Assembly (NCBI RefSeq): GCF_006345805.1
Contig: NC_042997.1
Coordinates: 81,158,001-81,222,000, forward strand
Direction of reading: 5' to 3'
Source: Octopus sinensis
Taxonomy: Eukaryota
DNA length: 64,000 nt
Part shown: one piece after another, positions 11,132-25,396 of the stretch
Numbering within the stretch: the first letter of the stretch is position 1
How the letters are laid out: the number at the start of each line of letters is the position of its first letter
Program-made: the position numbers and the translations under genes
The notes under the pieces: generated by a model
Seen by the model: only the letters and a program-made list of their open reading frames with translations
What the model was told of the DNA's origin: nothing
Database searches by the model: none

Positions 11132-11693
11132 GATTTTAATCCATTCTTGTTGCTTTTTTCCTATTTGTAATCACCCCACTTGTCGTATGGTTAACACCAT
11201 ATAGATTTCCGGTGCATCCTAGTTAAGGACCATATTCATGTGAATTCTTTAGAATTCACTAGAATCTCAATTACTTAACCGTATATATATATATAATTAT
11301 ATAAAAGGGCTTAGTAAAATAAATTACTTTGCCGCATACTGAACTCATTAGAAATAGCAGCTAAAAAAACTTTTTTAAAGCTATTTCTAATACTTAAAGA
11401 AAACCTCTCTCATATAGTGTTTGCTCAAGAGGTTTTCTTTAAGTATTAGAAATAGCTTTAAAAAAGTATTGCTCAAGAGGTTTTCTTTAAGTATTAGAAA
11501 TAGCTTTAAAAAAGTTTTTTTAGCTGCTATTTCTAATGAGTTCAGTATGCGGCAAAGTAATTTATTTTACTAAGCCCTTTTATATAATGTAATAATTTGA
11601 ATTCGCCTTAATTGGTCCCTTTGCATACTGAATACTTGGTGAAATTGATTAATTAATTAATTTTACCCTCAATTGTTGAAATTATATATATAT

Positions 11694-11724
<31 letters not shown>

Positions 11725-12692
11725 CGTTGCTATTATGTTAAAGTGTTGTATGTACAAATTTAGCCAAATGCTTTTTTCAATATTTATTTCTGCTTGCAAT
11801 AGCCAGCTCTTTTGGTCAAACCATCATATCTCCAGCTGCTTCCGATGCCAAGATATCAAAAATTGTCAAAGTGTAGTATAATGGTTTTACTATGAAATGG
11901 TGAAATTATTTTTCTGTTTTCTGAAAAAGCAGCACTTTGTACTTAAGACACCTTTGGATAATAGCAACGATATATATATTTGTGAACTTTACGTTAGTTA
12001 AAATATGTTTGTCACATATTTCAGCTGCTAAAGGCAAATTCACTGCAGTTACCATGGAGAAAAATTCTCTTTTATAGTAAAAAGTAAGAGGCAAAGTGAC
12101 TGCCATATCATGTAGAGGAAGGTCTGAGTAAAAGCATAGTGACTGTCATATCGTGTAGAGGAACAGATTGTTATTGAAAATTTCATTAACAACCTGAACC
12201 ACTACAATATAAGACCGTCATTTTGCTTCTCATTCGGATTCCCTGATATTTTCGCATGATTGTACCCTAAATCTCTCCACAAAACTGGATTATGAACTAT
12301 AAGGACATACACAAATTTTGTAAGTTCAAGACTTTTTCATCGGATCTCCAAAAAATCGAACTTATCTGCGATTCTTGTAAATTTCAATAACAATCTGTTC
12401 CTCTACACGATATGACAGTCACTATGCTTTTACTCAGACCTTCCTCTACATGATATGGCAGTCACTTTGCCTCTTACTCGGATTTTCAGAAATTTTGCAT
12501 GACTGTATCCGAAAATTTCTTCATACAACTTGATCAAATATTCAATATGAGCTATATGTAGACATGCATAAATTCTATAGGTTTAAAACCTTTCATCGGA
12601 TCTCCATGAATCGAACTTTCTTCAATGCAGTTAATCTTACAACCTCTTTTGTATCTACCCCTTTTGATGTTTGGGAATTCTCTGATATTTTT

Positions 12693-12776
12693 TCGGCTGA
12701 CGAGTACGAGCCATCTGTATTCACTGCATTTTTTGTAGCTTATTAAAGATGTCCTCGTACGAAACGATCGTACCGA
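12693..12776 (+). ncRNA. Type I hammerhead ribozyme, second identical copy
   Basis: Same sequence as 11048-11131 shifted by 1645; predicted cleavage after 12772. Confidence 0.88.
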
Positions 12777-12925
12777 GATTTTAATCCATTCTTGTTGCTT
12801 TTTTCCTATTTGTAATCACCCCACTTGTCGTATGGTTAACACCATATAGATTTCCGGTGCATCCTAGTTAAGGACCATATTCATGTGAATTCTTTAGAAT
12901 TCACTAGAATCTCAATTACTTAACC

Positions 12926-12961
<36 letters not shown>

Positions 12962-15001
12962 TTATATATATATATATATAGTGATTGGCATTAGAAAGGG
13001 CAGCCAGCTATAGAAAATATATCAAAGCAAACACAGGAACAGTGTGCCACATAGTGAGACTGAACTCAAGACTATTTGGTTAGGAAACAAGTTTGTTGAC
13101 TACAGTTTATGTATATATATGTGTATATAAGTGCATGTGTTTGTGTGTGCATGTGTGAGCCTTTATTTACATTTACATTTCATTACCATTACCCTTGTCA
13201 AGAAATTATCTGCTAGTTTCGTGCCTCCAAAAACATGTCGAATAAAAGACTTATTACTTGAAAAACAGGTAAGGGTTAGTGACAAGAAGAACATCAAGCT
13301 CTAAAGCAATGCCTCAATAATATATTCATCTAACCCTAGGTAGCAAGCTAAAATGGATGTAAAATCAAATGAATATAAACGCACGTTTGTATACACATGT
13401 ACATGCAGACACACACAAGCCACACACATGCATGCACACACACACACACTTTGATGTAGGCATTGCTGTATGGTTAAAAAAGTTTTCTTTGCAAATATGT
13501 TTCCTGTTTGATCACAGTGCACATTATTGCTTTCATCGTCATATATCTGCAGGTCAGCCTGACTAAATGCTCTTGACATGCAGGTAGTCATGGGATCTAT
13601 TGCAGTTGTACCAGATCTCTGTCTAACCAAGTACCATACTGCACACTTCAACATGCAATGGTCTATCATATAAAAGGGCAGTTAGGCAATCTGGACCACC
13701 ACTACCACCACTATTTAGCCTGTTTATAATACTTATAAATTTGGGTGATGACCTCATCAGAAACAGTAAGAGAGATTTGGTCAGGGTTCAACACTTGCTA
13801 CTTGTCTACTCTTATTATTGGTGTTGTGCAGGGTGGCAAGCTGGCAGAGTCATCAGTAGACCAGGCACAATGCTGAGCATCATTTTGTCTATCTTTATGT
13901 TCTGAGTTCAAATTCTGCCAAGGTCAGCTTTGCCTTTCATTCTTTCAGGGTTGATAAAATAATTATTACCAGATGGATACTGGTCAATGTAATCGACTTA
14001 CCCTCCCCTAAAATTTCTGGGTTCATCCCAAAATTTGAAACCGTTTGAAACCATTATTAGTGATGTGTATCTAGGCAAAGTATTTGGTTGGGGTCAATAA
14101 GGCTATTAATGCAACAGCCACTTCTTTATGGATGTCTTCCACATTGAGTTGGTGGATGTTACTGTAATAGTGCTCTAGGGTATTGTATATGTGTCTGGAT
14201 GTTTGGAGGTGAATTTTCATGTAGTGAGATGGACTATGGAGTTGAAGCTTTGTTGGAGGAACAAACCATACCCCTTGCATGTCTGGCTGACTTGTTTTTA
14301 GCTCAGTCACTTTCAACTATTTTTTTCATCTATGAACTCCTTTAATTACTATTTTACTCTGGTGGACCCCCATAGCCATTTGATGTATAAAACTTCTTTC
14401 AATTCTTATTCTGTTATTCACACATTCACTTGTGTAGTTTGTGTAAAATGTTAGAGAAAGCAATCTAGAGAAAACAATCTTGCAATAAATACATCCAAAG
14501 CAAAATTTTTTCTTGAGTCCTTAAAATACTATCTTGGATCTCCAATTTACTATTTTGCTTGCAAGGACCTCCAAAAATCTCATATGGACCCCAGCTCTGT
14601 TGAGAACCACTGCTCTAGGTGATCTGAGAGTGGAAACTGTGTATAAACTGTTATCACGTGCACTGCACTGTGTTCATTAAAGTTATTTGTAGTGGATAAG
14701 ATAAAACCCAGACAGGGCTAACTTGGTCCATGATGGATTTAATGTATTGCTTGTATACATCTTCGTTGTTTCTTTCTCTTGCCCAAATGTGGTACCTGTG
14801 ATTGCTCTAAGTGTGTGGGGGTGGGAGAGAAAGGGAGAGTTAGCTTTCTTTATTCTGTCTTCTGTGTATGATGTGGATGTTGTAAAAGGATTGTATGAAG
14901 ATGCATATGTTTGTGTGCTTATGTATGTTTATAGATCTGGGAATAAGTTGGTGTAGATGTACATAAGTGAGAGGGAAAGAGAGAGAGAGAGAGAGAGAGA
15001 A

Positions 15002-15032
<31 letters not shown>

Positions 15033-16338
15033 GACAATAACATTATGAGAGAACAGATCAATATGATGACTGATGCCATTGGTTTGCTGCAATATCTTTT
15101 TTATTGCCTAACATATTCAACCTTAGAAAATATCTTATTGAAGAAAAGCAGAAATTCTCAAAAAAACATCCTCAGAAATCCCGAATTTCTTTACATTTTT
15201 GTTTTAATAAAGTATCTCCAACAAGATAGACAACATTAATATCTTCATATTTTTCATCTTTAATTCTATTTCATGCTGTTCTACACACCCATCCATCCAT
15301 CCTTAGATAGTTTCAGTATTATTATATCAGTTGTTCTGAGAGTGGTTTGCTAACCCTTCACTAAAACTCTTCTCCTATATCTGGAGTAAGGGTTACTACT
15401 TGTAGTCTCCATAACCCTACTCACTTGTAACATAATGTAACTGATATTTATTTATCAACCCCAGGATGATGAAAAGCAAAGTGAACCTTGGTTGGATTTG
15501 AACTCAGAGTATAGAGAACCACAATAGATATTATAGGACTTACTATGTGGCTCTCTAATAACTATGCCAACTTAAGCATTAATATTGGTTTCAAATTTTG
15601 ACACAAGGCTAGCAATTTCACGGCAGTGGGTAAATCGATTACATTGATCCCAGTGATCAAATAGTCCTTATTTTATCAATCTTGAAAGGATGAAAGGCAA
15701 AGTCAACCTCAGCAGAATTTGAACTCCCAACGTAAAGACAGACAAAATACCGCGAAACATTTTGCCTGCCACAGTGAGGACTCTGCCATTTCACTGCCCT
15801 CAAATGAACATTAATATCAGAAGAGAGTAATTTCAATCAAACAACACTGCCATCATCTCAGAATTTTCTGCAACCTACTTTTAAATGAGTTTGAAGACAG
15901 ACTTGGGGGAATTCTGGACTAAATGCTTGGTAGTATTTAGTAAGCTCCTACTGTGTGCTGAGTTCAAATTCTATTGATGTTGACTTTGCCTTTTGCCTTT
16001 TCTGGGTAAATATCTAAAGTAACATACAAGTAGATAAAATCAGCTGTTCCTTTACACAAACATTTGTGGCCTTGTACCTAAAGTATAAATCATTATTGAA
16101 GTAGCAGAATTGTTACCACATCAGACAAAATGCTCAACAGCATTTTTTGCAGTTCTTCATACACTGAGTTCAAATCCTGCCAAAGTCAACTTTGCCAGTA
16201 ATCCTTTTTGGGCTTGATAAAATGAAATTATCATGCAAATACTGGTGGGTAATGTAATTGTCTATTGACCTCCCCATAAAATTGTTGACCTTGTGCCAAA
16301 ATTTGAAACAATCATCATCGTCATCATCATCATTGTTA

Positions 16339-16401
<63 letters not shown>

Positions 16402-16463
16402 ATTATTATTATTATTATCATTATTATTATTATTATTATTAATATTATTATTATTATTATTAA

Positions 16464-16502
<39 letters not shown>

Positions 16503-16729
16503 GGATAAGGCAGTGGGCTGGTAGAATCATTAGCACACCAGACAAAATGCTTAGCAGTATTTTGTCTGTCCTTATGCTCTGAGTTAAAATTCCACCAAGA
16601 TTGACTTTGCCTTCATCCTTTTGGAGTTGATGAAATAAGTACTAGTCAAGCACTAGGGTCAATGTAATTGGCTTGCCCCCTCCCCCAAAATTTCTAGTCT
16701 TGTGCCTATAGTAGAAAGGATTGTTATTA

Positions 16730-16772
<43 letters not shown>

Positions 16773-17454
16773 GAGTAAGGCAGTGAGCTGGCAGAATCTT
16801 TAGCACACCTGATGTCAACTTTGTCTTTCGTCCTTTCAGTACTGGTTGAGCAATGGGGTTGATGTAATCGACTTACCCCCTCCCCCAAAACTGCTGGCCT
16901 TGTGTCAAAATTTGAAACCATTATTATTACTAACAGTACTGAAGATAGTGAGCTGACAATATTGTTAGAACATCAGAATAAATTCCTCAACAGTATATGT
17001 TCCAGCTCTTTACATTCTGAGTTCAAATGTCACTAGGTTAAGGCCTTAGTATAGTCAAGTACTGAGGTCAATAATACTGATTATCCCCTTCTCCTTAAAA
17101 TAGCTGGCCTTGTGCCTAGATCAGAAACTATTATTAACTCTTTAGCATTTAAATCAGCTGTATCTGGCTGGAATATTATACCTGTTTTATGTTCAAACTG
17201 GTAAAATCTTGCTTCACACACCTACCCTACAATGCCATTCTAAAAATAAATACATTATTGAAATCTTGAAGGAACAGGATAATGTATAATTATTTTTTAA
17301 AATATAAATAAACAAACATTACATCTGACTGAGTAATCTGAATGCTAAAGGGATAAGGGTGTTGAATGACAGATCCAGAAGAATGAGTTTGTATGTTTGT
17401 GTGTACAAGTATATATAAGTGCAAGTGATTGTACATATGTATCCATACATACAT

Positions 17455-17529
<75 letters not shown>

Positions 17530-17662
17530 ATGGACAACAACCCTGATGTTACTGTGCAGCTATGATATAATGAGATCATTGGGTATATTGGGCTTTGCAT
17601 ATTTGCACCCCTAAGTCACTTTGATAGCATGCATTGTTCTCTCACTCAGTAATAATAATAAT

Positions 17663-17738
<76 letters not shown>

Positions 17739-18143
17739 ATAATGGTTTCAAATTTTGCCACAAAGGCAGCAGTTTTGGGGGAGGGGATGAATTGATTACA
17801 TTGACACTAGTGTTCAGCTGGTACTTAATTCATCAACCCCAAAAGGATGAAAGGCAAAATCAGCCTCAGCAGAATTTGAACTCCAAATATATGATAATAA
17901 TAATAATCCTTTCTAGTAAAGGCATAGGGCCTGAAATTTTGGGTGAGGGGAGTAGTCAATTATATCGACCCCAGTGTTTCACTGGTACTTAATCTATCAA
18001 CCTCAAAAGGATGAAAGGCAAAGTCAACCTCGAAGAATTTGAACTCAGAACATAAAGACAGACAAAATGCTGCTAAGCATTTTGCCCAGTGTGCTAAAAA
18101 TTCTGCCAGTTCACTGCCTTAAATAATGATAATAATGATGATG

Positions 18144-18214
<71 letters not shown>

Positions 18215-18215
<1 letters not shown>

Positions 18216-18748
18216 GTGGCTCTCATGGCTTCTGATCTTAACTGATTGGAAGTGTTATCATGTACATTGTTTTGTCTTGGTATAAAAGATGGGCTACAGC
18301 AAATATTCTGCTCAATACCACAGATTTGCTTGTCAGTTGTTTGACCTTAACCAGTTGAGCATGTCCCTTAGTGGCTGACGATATGTGCATCTCTGATCAC
18401 GAGCAGAAGTAGTGGGGGAGCATCATAGCCATGTGTTGAGAGGGATTCTTTGGGGTTTGAATAGTTCACCTCTGGAAACATGGGTGGTTCTTTCAACATC
18501 CTTAAACAATCCTTATTCAGGGACCTTTTGAGCGGGATGGGCTACTCAACCTGAAGAAAATTCTAACTGGGCCCCACCTGCAAGGTCATGTGCTGTTTAT
18601 CTTGATATGAGATCACCATGTCGCGCACATATGGTTGTGATGCATGTACCTGGTGTACCTTTATCAGACGGGTAGTCATGATGGGTATATTGGGCTTCGT
18701 ATATTTTACCCCAGTGTCACTTTGATGGCATGCACTGCTCTTTCACTC
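18215..18748 (+). mobile_element. (TAA)n-flanked ~550-bp interspersed repeat, family S4
   Basis: Near-identical copies at 23851-24406 and 24815-25303 (5' truncated) and a 3' fragment at 17527-17647; all end cactgctctctcactc followed by (AAT)n. Confidence 0.85.
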
Positions 18749-18765
18749 AATAATAATAATAATAA

Positions 18766-21700
18766 GCCGAAAGCCATAGAGAGTAGCCGAAAGCCATGCA
18801 AACACTAATATGACCCAGTTTAGCAACAGGGAAAAATAACTCTCAAAGACTGGAACATCTACAACACCTCGTGAGTATTTAAAATTCTCTTCAAAATAAG
18901 TTAAGAAATTTACAAATTTACATATCTACAGCTTTCAAACATACATCTGATCAGCTTTAAAAACTTTAATACCCACAACTGCCTCTGTAAACACCCTTTT
19001 TTTTTTTCTTCTCTCGCTTTTCTTTTTGTGGACTTACAAAACCCTAAAACTTTCTATGAAAATCTGACTTTTCTTTGCTTCCTCCCAGAATATTCAAATA
19101 TAAATGTAAACATATACTTTTTATTGCAAAAACACACCTGTTCTTCTAACTGGACATACAAACATCTCTAGAAAAGTCAACTTCAGCCTCCACAAAATTA
19201 CCTTACACGAAATATACAAACACTTTTTATTGCAATAACACAAACGCACATGGAAAAAAAAAATAATGATGCTAAGATTCTCTCTGGTGGAACACAACCT
19301 CTCTATTCACAAACAATACAGAACAGCCCTTCCTTAATTTCTCTTAAGGCTAATAGTAGTAAACATCTGAACTTTTTTTGATCAATAGGACCCCACCTAA
19401 AAAAAAAAAAAAATCACTGATGGTGATAGTGATGATGGTGATGATGATAATAATGATAGTAATAGTGCTGATAATCTATCTATCTATCTACACACACACT
19501 CAAAGAGTTCAACCAACACAAACCTCACCTTGGCTCTATTGTTAACCAAATATGAAAGTATTATTTGACAGGCAAGAACTCTGGTGTTGAAGACAGTCAG
19601 CCAGCCAACCACCAAGCCAGCCAACGAGACAGACAGGCACTACTGTGATGGTGATAATGATAAAAAACAAAAATAACAACAATAAGATACTGCTGTGACT
19701 ACACATAAAACAATATCATTGATGATGATGGTGGTGATGGTGATGGTGATGATGATAATGATGATGGTAATGGTGGTGATAGTGATGATAGTGATAATAA
19801 TGGTGATGATAATAACAATAATAAGCCGACTACGGCTGCTATAATGGTACGATTATAATTGTAATGGCAATGATGGCCGTCTCCCCACGAGCCAATCAAA
19901 GCTCAAAAATGATAACATTATCGTAGCACCAAAATGTTTTCGGAAACTAAAAGGAAAACTAAATCAGTATACCAAATCGCTTGTCCTATGGTTAATCTGG
20001 AAGCGCGTCCCCCAGGGAAGAGCCAGCCTGGGATCGAAAAGTCATCAACTGGCACAAACTCTTCTCCGAATACGGACATGGATGGTCACTTGAACGGGAA
20101 ATCCCCCAACTCGAGCCCTCCAAGTTCACCACCACAACGACCACAGAAAGAAAAATGTAAGCGGAACAAATGGACCCGAGAAGAGTATAAAGAAGTAATA
20201 TACGCTTATTACTATGCATTAGGTAGGCCATCTCAAGAGAGACACACCGCAAACTCTTACAGTATATGGAGAACACGGAATCAAGACAGTAGGCCCTATT
20301 TGGACGAGAACAAATTAGCAAATGTGAGGAGGAATATCCTTAAAAATAACAGACTCACAGACAGTGAAATAAGCGCGATCAAGCACGCAACGGAAAATGA
20401 CATAAATATAAGACACAAAGGAAATGAAGAATCAGATGAACAGTATAGCCCGCCACAAGGCTTAATTGAAAGACTGCCATCTGACCAAAGTACGCAGAGG
20501 CCTGAAGATACAAGAAATTCTATTGTACCTGTTAAAGATAGCCAGGAAAACGATAAAACAACAGTAACTGAAGATCTCGCATTTGCTGAAGAACACAGAG
20601 AGTCTATGGCAGAAATGAGGCAGAAAATCCTGAATACACTTGAAGTTGTTAGACATACAAGTATGAATGATAGAGAACCACTTCATAAACTCTCAAATAC
20701 AAACCAAAATAAAAAACAAATCCAAATTGGCAACTATGTAACAAATGAAATAATACAAGAATTAAAACCTGATTTTACTGAGTTAAATGAAATTATTTAC
20801 GCTTCTGCTAGGGCAATTGAAACCAGCTGTATGCCCCCGAAAAAACAAAGAAAACCAAACCTGTGAAGAAATCAAACCTGGAGAAGTAAAATTGAAAAAG
20901 AGATTGAATTTATGAGAGGGGAAATATCAATATTAAATGAACTAATATGTGGAAATGATGTAAGATCCAGAACAGGAAGAAAGATGAAGAGAAAATTTGG
21001 ATCCTCACCAAGAGAAGAACTGATATCAATAAAAGAAACGCTGAAACAAAAAGTCCAAGCAAAAGCCCAAAGAATACGAAGATTTGAGAAGAGAAACAAG
21101 TTTTACAAGCAAAATAAGCTGTTCACATCCAATGCCAAAAAATTCTACAGAGAAATAGGGAAGGAGAAAGTAACCGTTAAAGACCCCCCTCCCATGGAAG
21201 AAGTTCAAAACTTTTGGAAAAGGATTTGGAGTGACAAGAAGACGTACAACATAAATGCAGACTGGATTATACAAACTGAAGGATCCTACCAAAATTTACA
21301 ACAACAAGCATGGGAAGACATCACAATAGCAGACCTAAGAAAGGCACTCACGAAGGCCCATAATTGGAAATCCCCCGGTAAAGATAGGGTGCCGAATTTC
21401 TGGCTCGCATCGCTCCCGTGCGCACACGGTAAGCTAGTTCAGCTGCTCAATGGAATTATGAGAGACCCAAAGAAAACACCTGAATGGTTAGCAAGTGGTA
21501 TTACTTACCTACTCCCAAAGAATAACGAAACCAACCTTCCAAAAAATTATCGACCTATAACCTGTCTATCCACCACGTATAAAATCCTAACATCTATCCT
21601 GGCGGAGAAAACATATGCATTCATGGAGAAGAACAATATTTTCCCCATTGAACAAAAAGGATGCCGCCGAGGCTCTTACGGATGCAAAGATCAACTGCTA

Positions 21701-23792
21701 ATTAATTGTATGATCCTTGAGAACTGTCACAAGCGCAGAAATCTCAGCTCCGCATGGATTGACTATAAAAAGGCCTTCGACTGTATACCGCATCCATGGA
21801 TCTTGAGATCACTGGACATCTTCAAAATTTCCCCTGTGATTTCAAACTTCCTGAAGCACAATATGTCATTGTGGAATACGAATCTCCAATTATACCACTC
21901 TAATGGAGTACTTGCCTCAGAAAATATAAACATCAACTGTGGAATTTTTCAAGGTGACTCACTTTCACCTTTCATATTCTGCATAGCCCTAATACCCCTT
22001 ACAAGTGAATTAAACAGAACAGGGTATGGGTATAAAATTGCCAATAAAAAAATAAGCCATCTATTTTATATGGATGACTTAAAACTTTATGGTAAAGACA
22101 ATAATGAACTTGAAGGCATATTGCGCACTGTGAAAGCATTCAGCGATGACATCGGGATGGAGTTTGGACTTGAGAAGTGTGCCATGACCACTTTCCAGAA
22201 AGGGAAACTGAAGACCACAAATTCAGTCGTGTTAGATGTTGACACAGTCATAAGAGAGCTTGAGCAAGAACAAACATACAAATATTTGGGGATAAATGAA
22301 GGCTCTGGTATTCAGCATGCAAGCATGAAAGAGAAGATCAGGAAGGAATGTTATAGGAGAGTTCGTGCAGTCCTGAAATCTGAACTAAATGCACGTAACA
22401 AGGTGTTAGCTATAAATTCCTTAGCAGTTCCAGTTGTTACTTATAGCTACAATGTGTTTAACTGGAATATGGGTGAAGTAAAGAATATAGATAGGAAAAT
22501 ACGCAAGCTGCTGAGTTGTAATAGGATGCACCACCCAAAGGCAGACGTAGATCGCCTTTACCTTCCCAGAGCCCAAGGAGGTCGAGGCCTGATCCAGTTT
22601 GAACTAGCTTACAAAACAACCACAATTGGACTGGCCAAATATCTCGAAATAACAAATGACTGGATGCTAAAGCTCGTGGAAAATCATGAGAGACGAAAGA
22701 AGCTTCATCCTATCATAAAGGAAAGCAAAAAATTTGCTATTGATCTCGTGCAGGATACCCAAACTGAACAACTCGAAGGAAGTACGGCAACTATTGTTGC
22801 AAAGAAGGTGAAAATAATGGCAACGAAAAAAGCACACGAGCAATTGGCTGATAGGTGGGAGGAGAAACCTCTGCACGGCAAATATGTGGCCCGCAGCAAA
22901 CAAGCTGATGTTGACCAGAAGCAAACCCATCAGTGGCTACGGAGCTCAGGACTAAAAGCAGTGAGCGAAGGTTTCATCCTAGCTGCTCAAGATCAAAGCC
23001 TATTAACCCGGAACTACCAGGCCAATGTGATGAAAAATGGAGCAGATCCAAAATGCCGATTCTGCAACGACATGATTGAAACAGTGGATCACCTAATCTC
23101 TGGATGTAAAGTCTTAGCACCAGTGGAGTATAAATTAAGACATGACAGAGTTGGCCAATATCTACACTGGCTAATAAGTCGGCATTACAATATCAAAACT
23201 GCCGACAAGTGGTATAATCACCACCCTGAGGCTGTAACTGAAGGAGAAAATGTAACCATTCTCTGGGACTTTCCAGTACATACAGACCGAACCATCAAGG
23301 CCAATAAACCAGATATTGTTGTGAAAGACCAAAACAATAAAGTTTGCTTATTGATCGACATGAGCATCCCCTGTGATCATAATATCTCGGCGAAAGAGTT
23401 TGACAAGCTCAGAAAATATAAAGACCTACTCATTGAAATTGAGAAAATGTGACATCTCAAGGTGGTTACAATACCAGTGATCGTAGGAGCACTAGGAATG
23501 ATCAAGAAGGGAACCGAAAATTATATGAGAATGATCCCTGGCTTACCATCCCTGCAAGAAGTGCAAAAGATTGTCTTAACTGGTACATCACACGTATTGA
23601 GAAGAGCATTGTCGATGTGAGAACTGTTGCTGCTCATGTATTTTAATTTAACTTAAAAAAATAAAAAAAAAATGAACGAACTATTGAGTTTGGTTTAATG
23701 GCCTACCAATGTATACTATGAGTTTCTTTGCCCTAGGAGTCGGGAAGACACTCGGCAAGAAATGGAAGCAAATTTGAAAGAAGAAAAAAAAA
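18766..23792 (+). mobile_element. R4/Dong-type non-LTR retrotransposon, near full length, inserted in (TAA)n
   Basis: Single long reading frame with RT and restriction-like endonuclease, flanked by (TAA)n on both sides. The 5' boundary is uncertain and could be as late as about 19825. Confidence 0.85.
19934..23620 (+). pseudogene. R4/Dong ORF (1228 codons) with two in-frame TGA stops at 20864-20866 and 23450-23452
   Basis: ORFs 19934 and 20912 and the tail to 23620 share one frame. N-terminal KWTREEYKEV motif; RT motifs NYRPITCL, WIDYKKAFD, GIFQGDSLSP, YMDDLKL; CCHC finger CRFC...ETVDHLISGC; RLE motif KPDIV...LIDMSIP...KLRKYKDL. Confidence 0.93.
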
Positions 23793-23850
<58 letters not shown>

Positions 23851-23852
<2 letters not shown>

Positions 23853-24404
23853 GCCCTGATGCAGTACCAGGCAGTGGCTCTCATGGCTTCTGATCTTAAC
23901 TGATTGGAAGTGTTATCATGTACATTGTTTTGTCTTGGTATAAAAGATGGGCTACAGCAAATATTCTGCTCAATACCACAGATTTGCTTGTCAGTTGTTT
24001 GACCTTAACCAGTTTACCATGTCGCTTAGTGGCTGACGATATGTGCATCTCAGATCACGAGCAGAAGTAGTGGGGGAGCATCATAGCTGTGTGTTGAAAG
24101 GAATCCTTAGAGGTTTGGATAATTCATCTTTGGAAACATGGGTGGTTCTTTCAACATCCTCAAACAATCCTTATTCAGGGACCTTTTGAGCGGGATGGGC
24201 TACTCGACCAGAAGAAAATTCTAACTGGGCCTCACCAGCAAGGTCATGCACTGTTTATCTTGATAAAAGATCACCATGTTGCACACATATGGTTGTGATG
24301 CATATGCCTGGTGTACCCTTATCAGACAGGTAGTCATGATGGGTATACTGGGCTTAGTATATTTTACCCTAGTGTCACTTTGATGGCATGCACTGCTCTC
24401 TCAC

Positions 24405-24406
<2 letters not shown>
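23851..24406 (+). mobile_element. Family S4 copy
   Basis: Aligns with 18215-18748. Confidence 0.85.
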
Positions 24407-24473
<67 letters not shown>

Positions 24474-24754
24474 GTTGTTTCAAATTTTGATACAAAGCCA
24501 GCAGTTTTTTGATGAAGAGGGTTTCCTCAATAAAATAAAGTACCAGTACTTTATTTTATCAACCCCAAAAGGATGAAAGGCAAAGTCAGCCTTGGTGAGA
24601 TTTGAACTCAGAACATAAAGGGCTGGAAGAAATGCCATTAAACATTTTGTCTAATGCATTAATGATTTTACTAATTCATGGCCCTAACAATTCTACTAAT
24701 TCACCATCCTTAACAACAACAACAACAATAATAATAATAATAATAGTAATAATA

Positions 24755-24814
<60 letters not shown>

Positions 24815-24817
<3 letters not shown>

Positions 24818-25303
24818 TACATTGTTTTGTCTTGATATAAAAGATGGGCTACAGCAAATATTCTGCTCAATACCACAGATTTGCTTGTCAGTTGTTTGAC
24901 CTTAACCAGTTGAGCATGTCCCTTAGTGGCTGACGATATGTGCATCTCTGATCATGAGCAGAAGTAGTGGGGGAGCATCATAGCCATGTGTTGAGAGGGA
25001 TTCTTTGGGGTTTGAATAGTTCACCTCTGGAAACATGGGTGGTTCTTTCAACATCCTTAAACAACCCTTATTCAGGGACCGTTTGAGCGGGATGGGCTAC
25101 TCAACCTGAAGAAAATTCTAACTGGTTCCCACCTGCAAGGTATTGTGCTGTTTATCTTGATATGAGATCACCATGTCGCGCACATATGGTTGTGATGCAC
25201 GTGCCTGGTGTACCTTTATCAGACGGGTAGTCATGATGGTTACATTGGGCTTCGTATATTTTACCCCAGTGTCACTTTGATGGCATGAACTGCTCTCTCA
25301 CTC
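24815..25303 (+). mobile_element. Family S4 copy, 5' truncated
   Basis: Aligns with 18215-18748. Confidence 0.85.
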
Positions 25304-25319
25304 AATAATAATAATAATG

Positions 25320-25396
<77 letters not shown>

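Larger units (their letters stand above)
9637..12926. repeat. Head-to-tail tandem duplication, 1645-bp unit, two copies
   Basis: Constant 1645 offset throughout (ORFs 10261/11906 and 10919/12564; HHRs 11048/12693). No differences seen except in the junction TA tract. Junctions lie at (TA)n. Confidence 0.97.

Noticed and set aside
13715-13765. Minus-strand CTGATGA-ggtcatcacc-caaa as a hammerhead
   Set aside because: G12 is absent and stems I and III do not form consistently.
18366-18420. CTGACGA inside family S4 as a possible hammerhead
   Set aside because: Followed by GAAG rather than GAAA and no matching stem I or III; the same in all copies.
19820-19933. HDV-like ribozyme at the 5' end of the R4/Dong element
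   Set aside because: A cgt-ctcccc-acg hairpin is present, but I could not build P1 beyond 4 bp and found no GG for P1.1.
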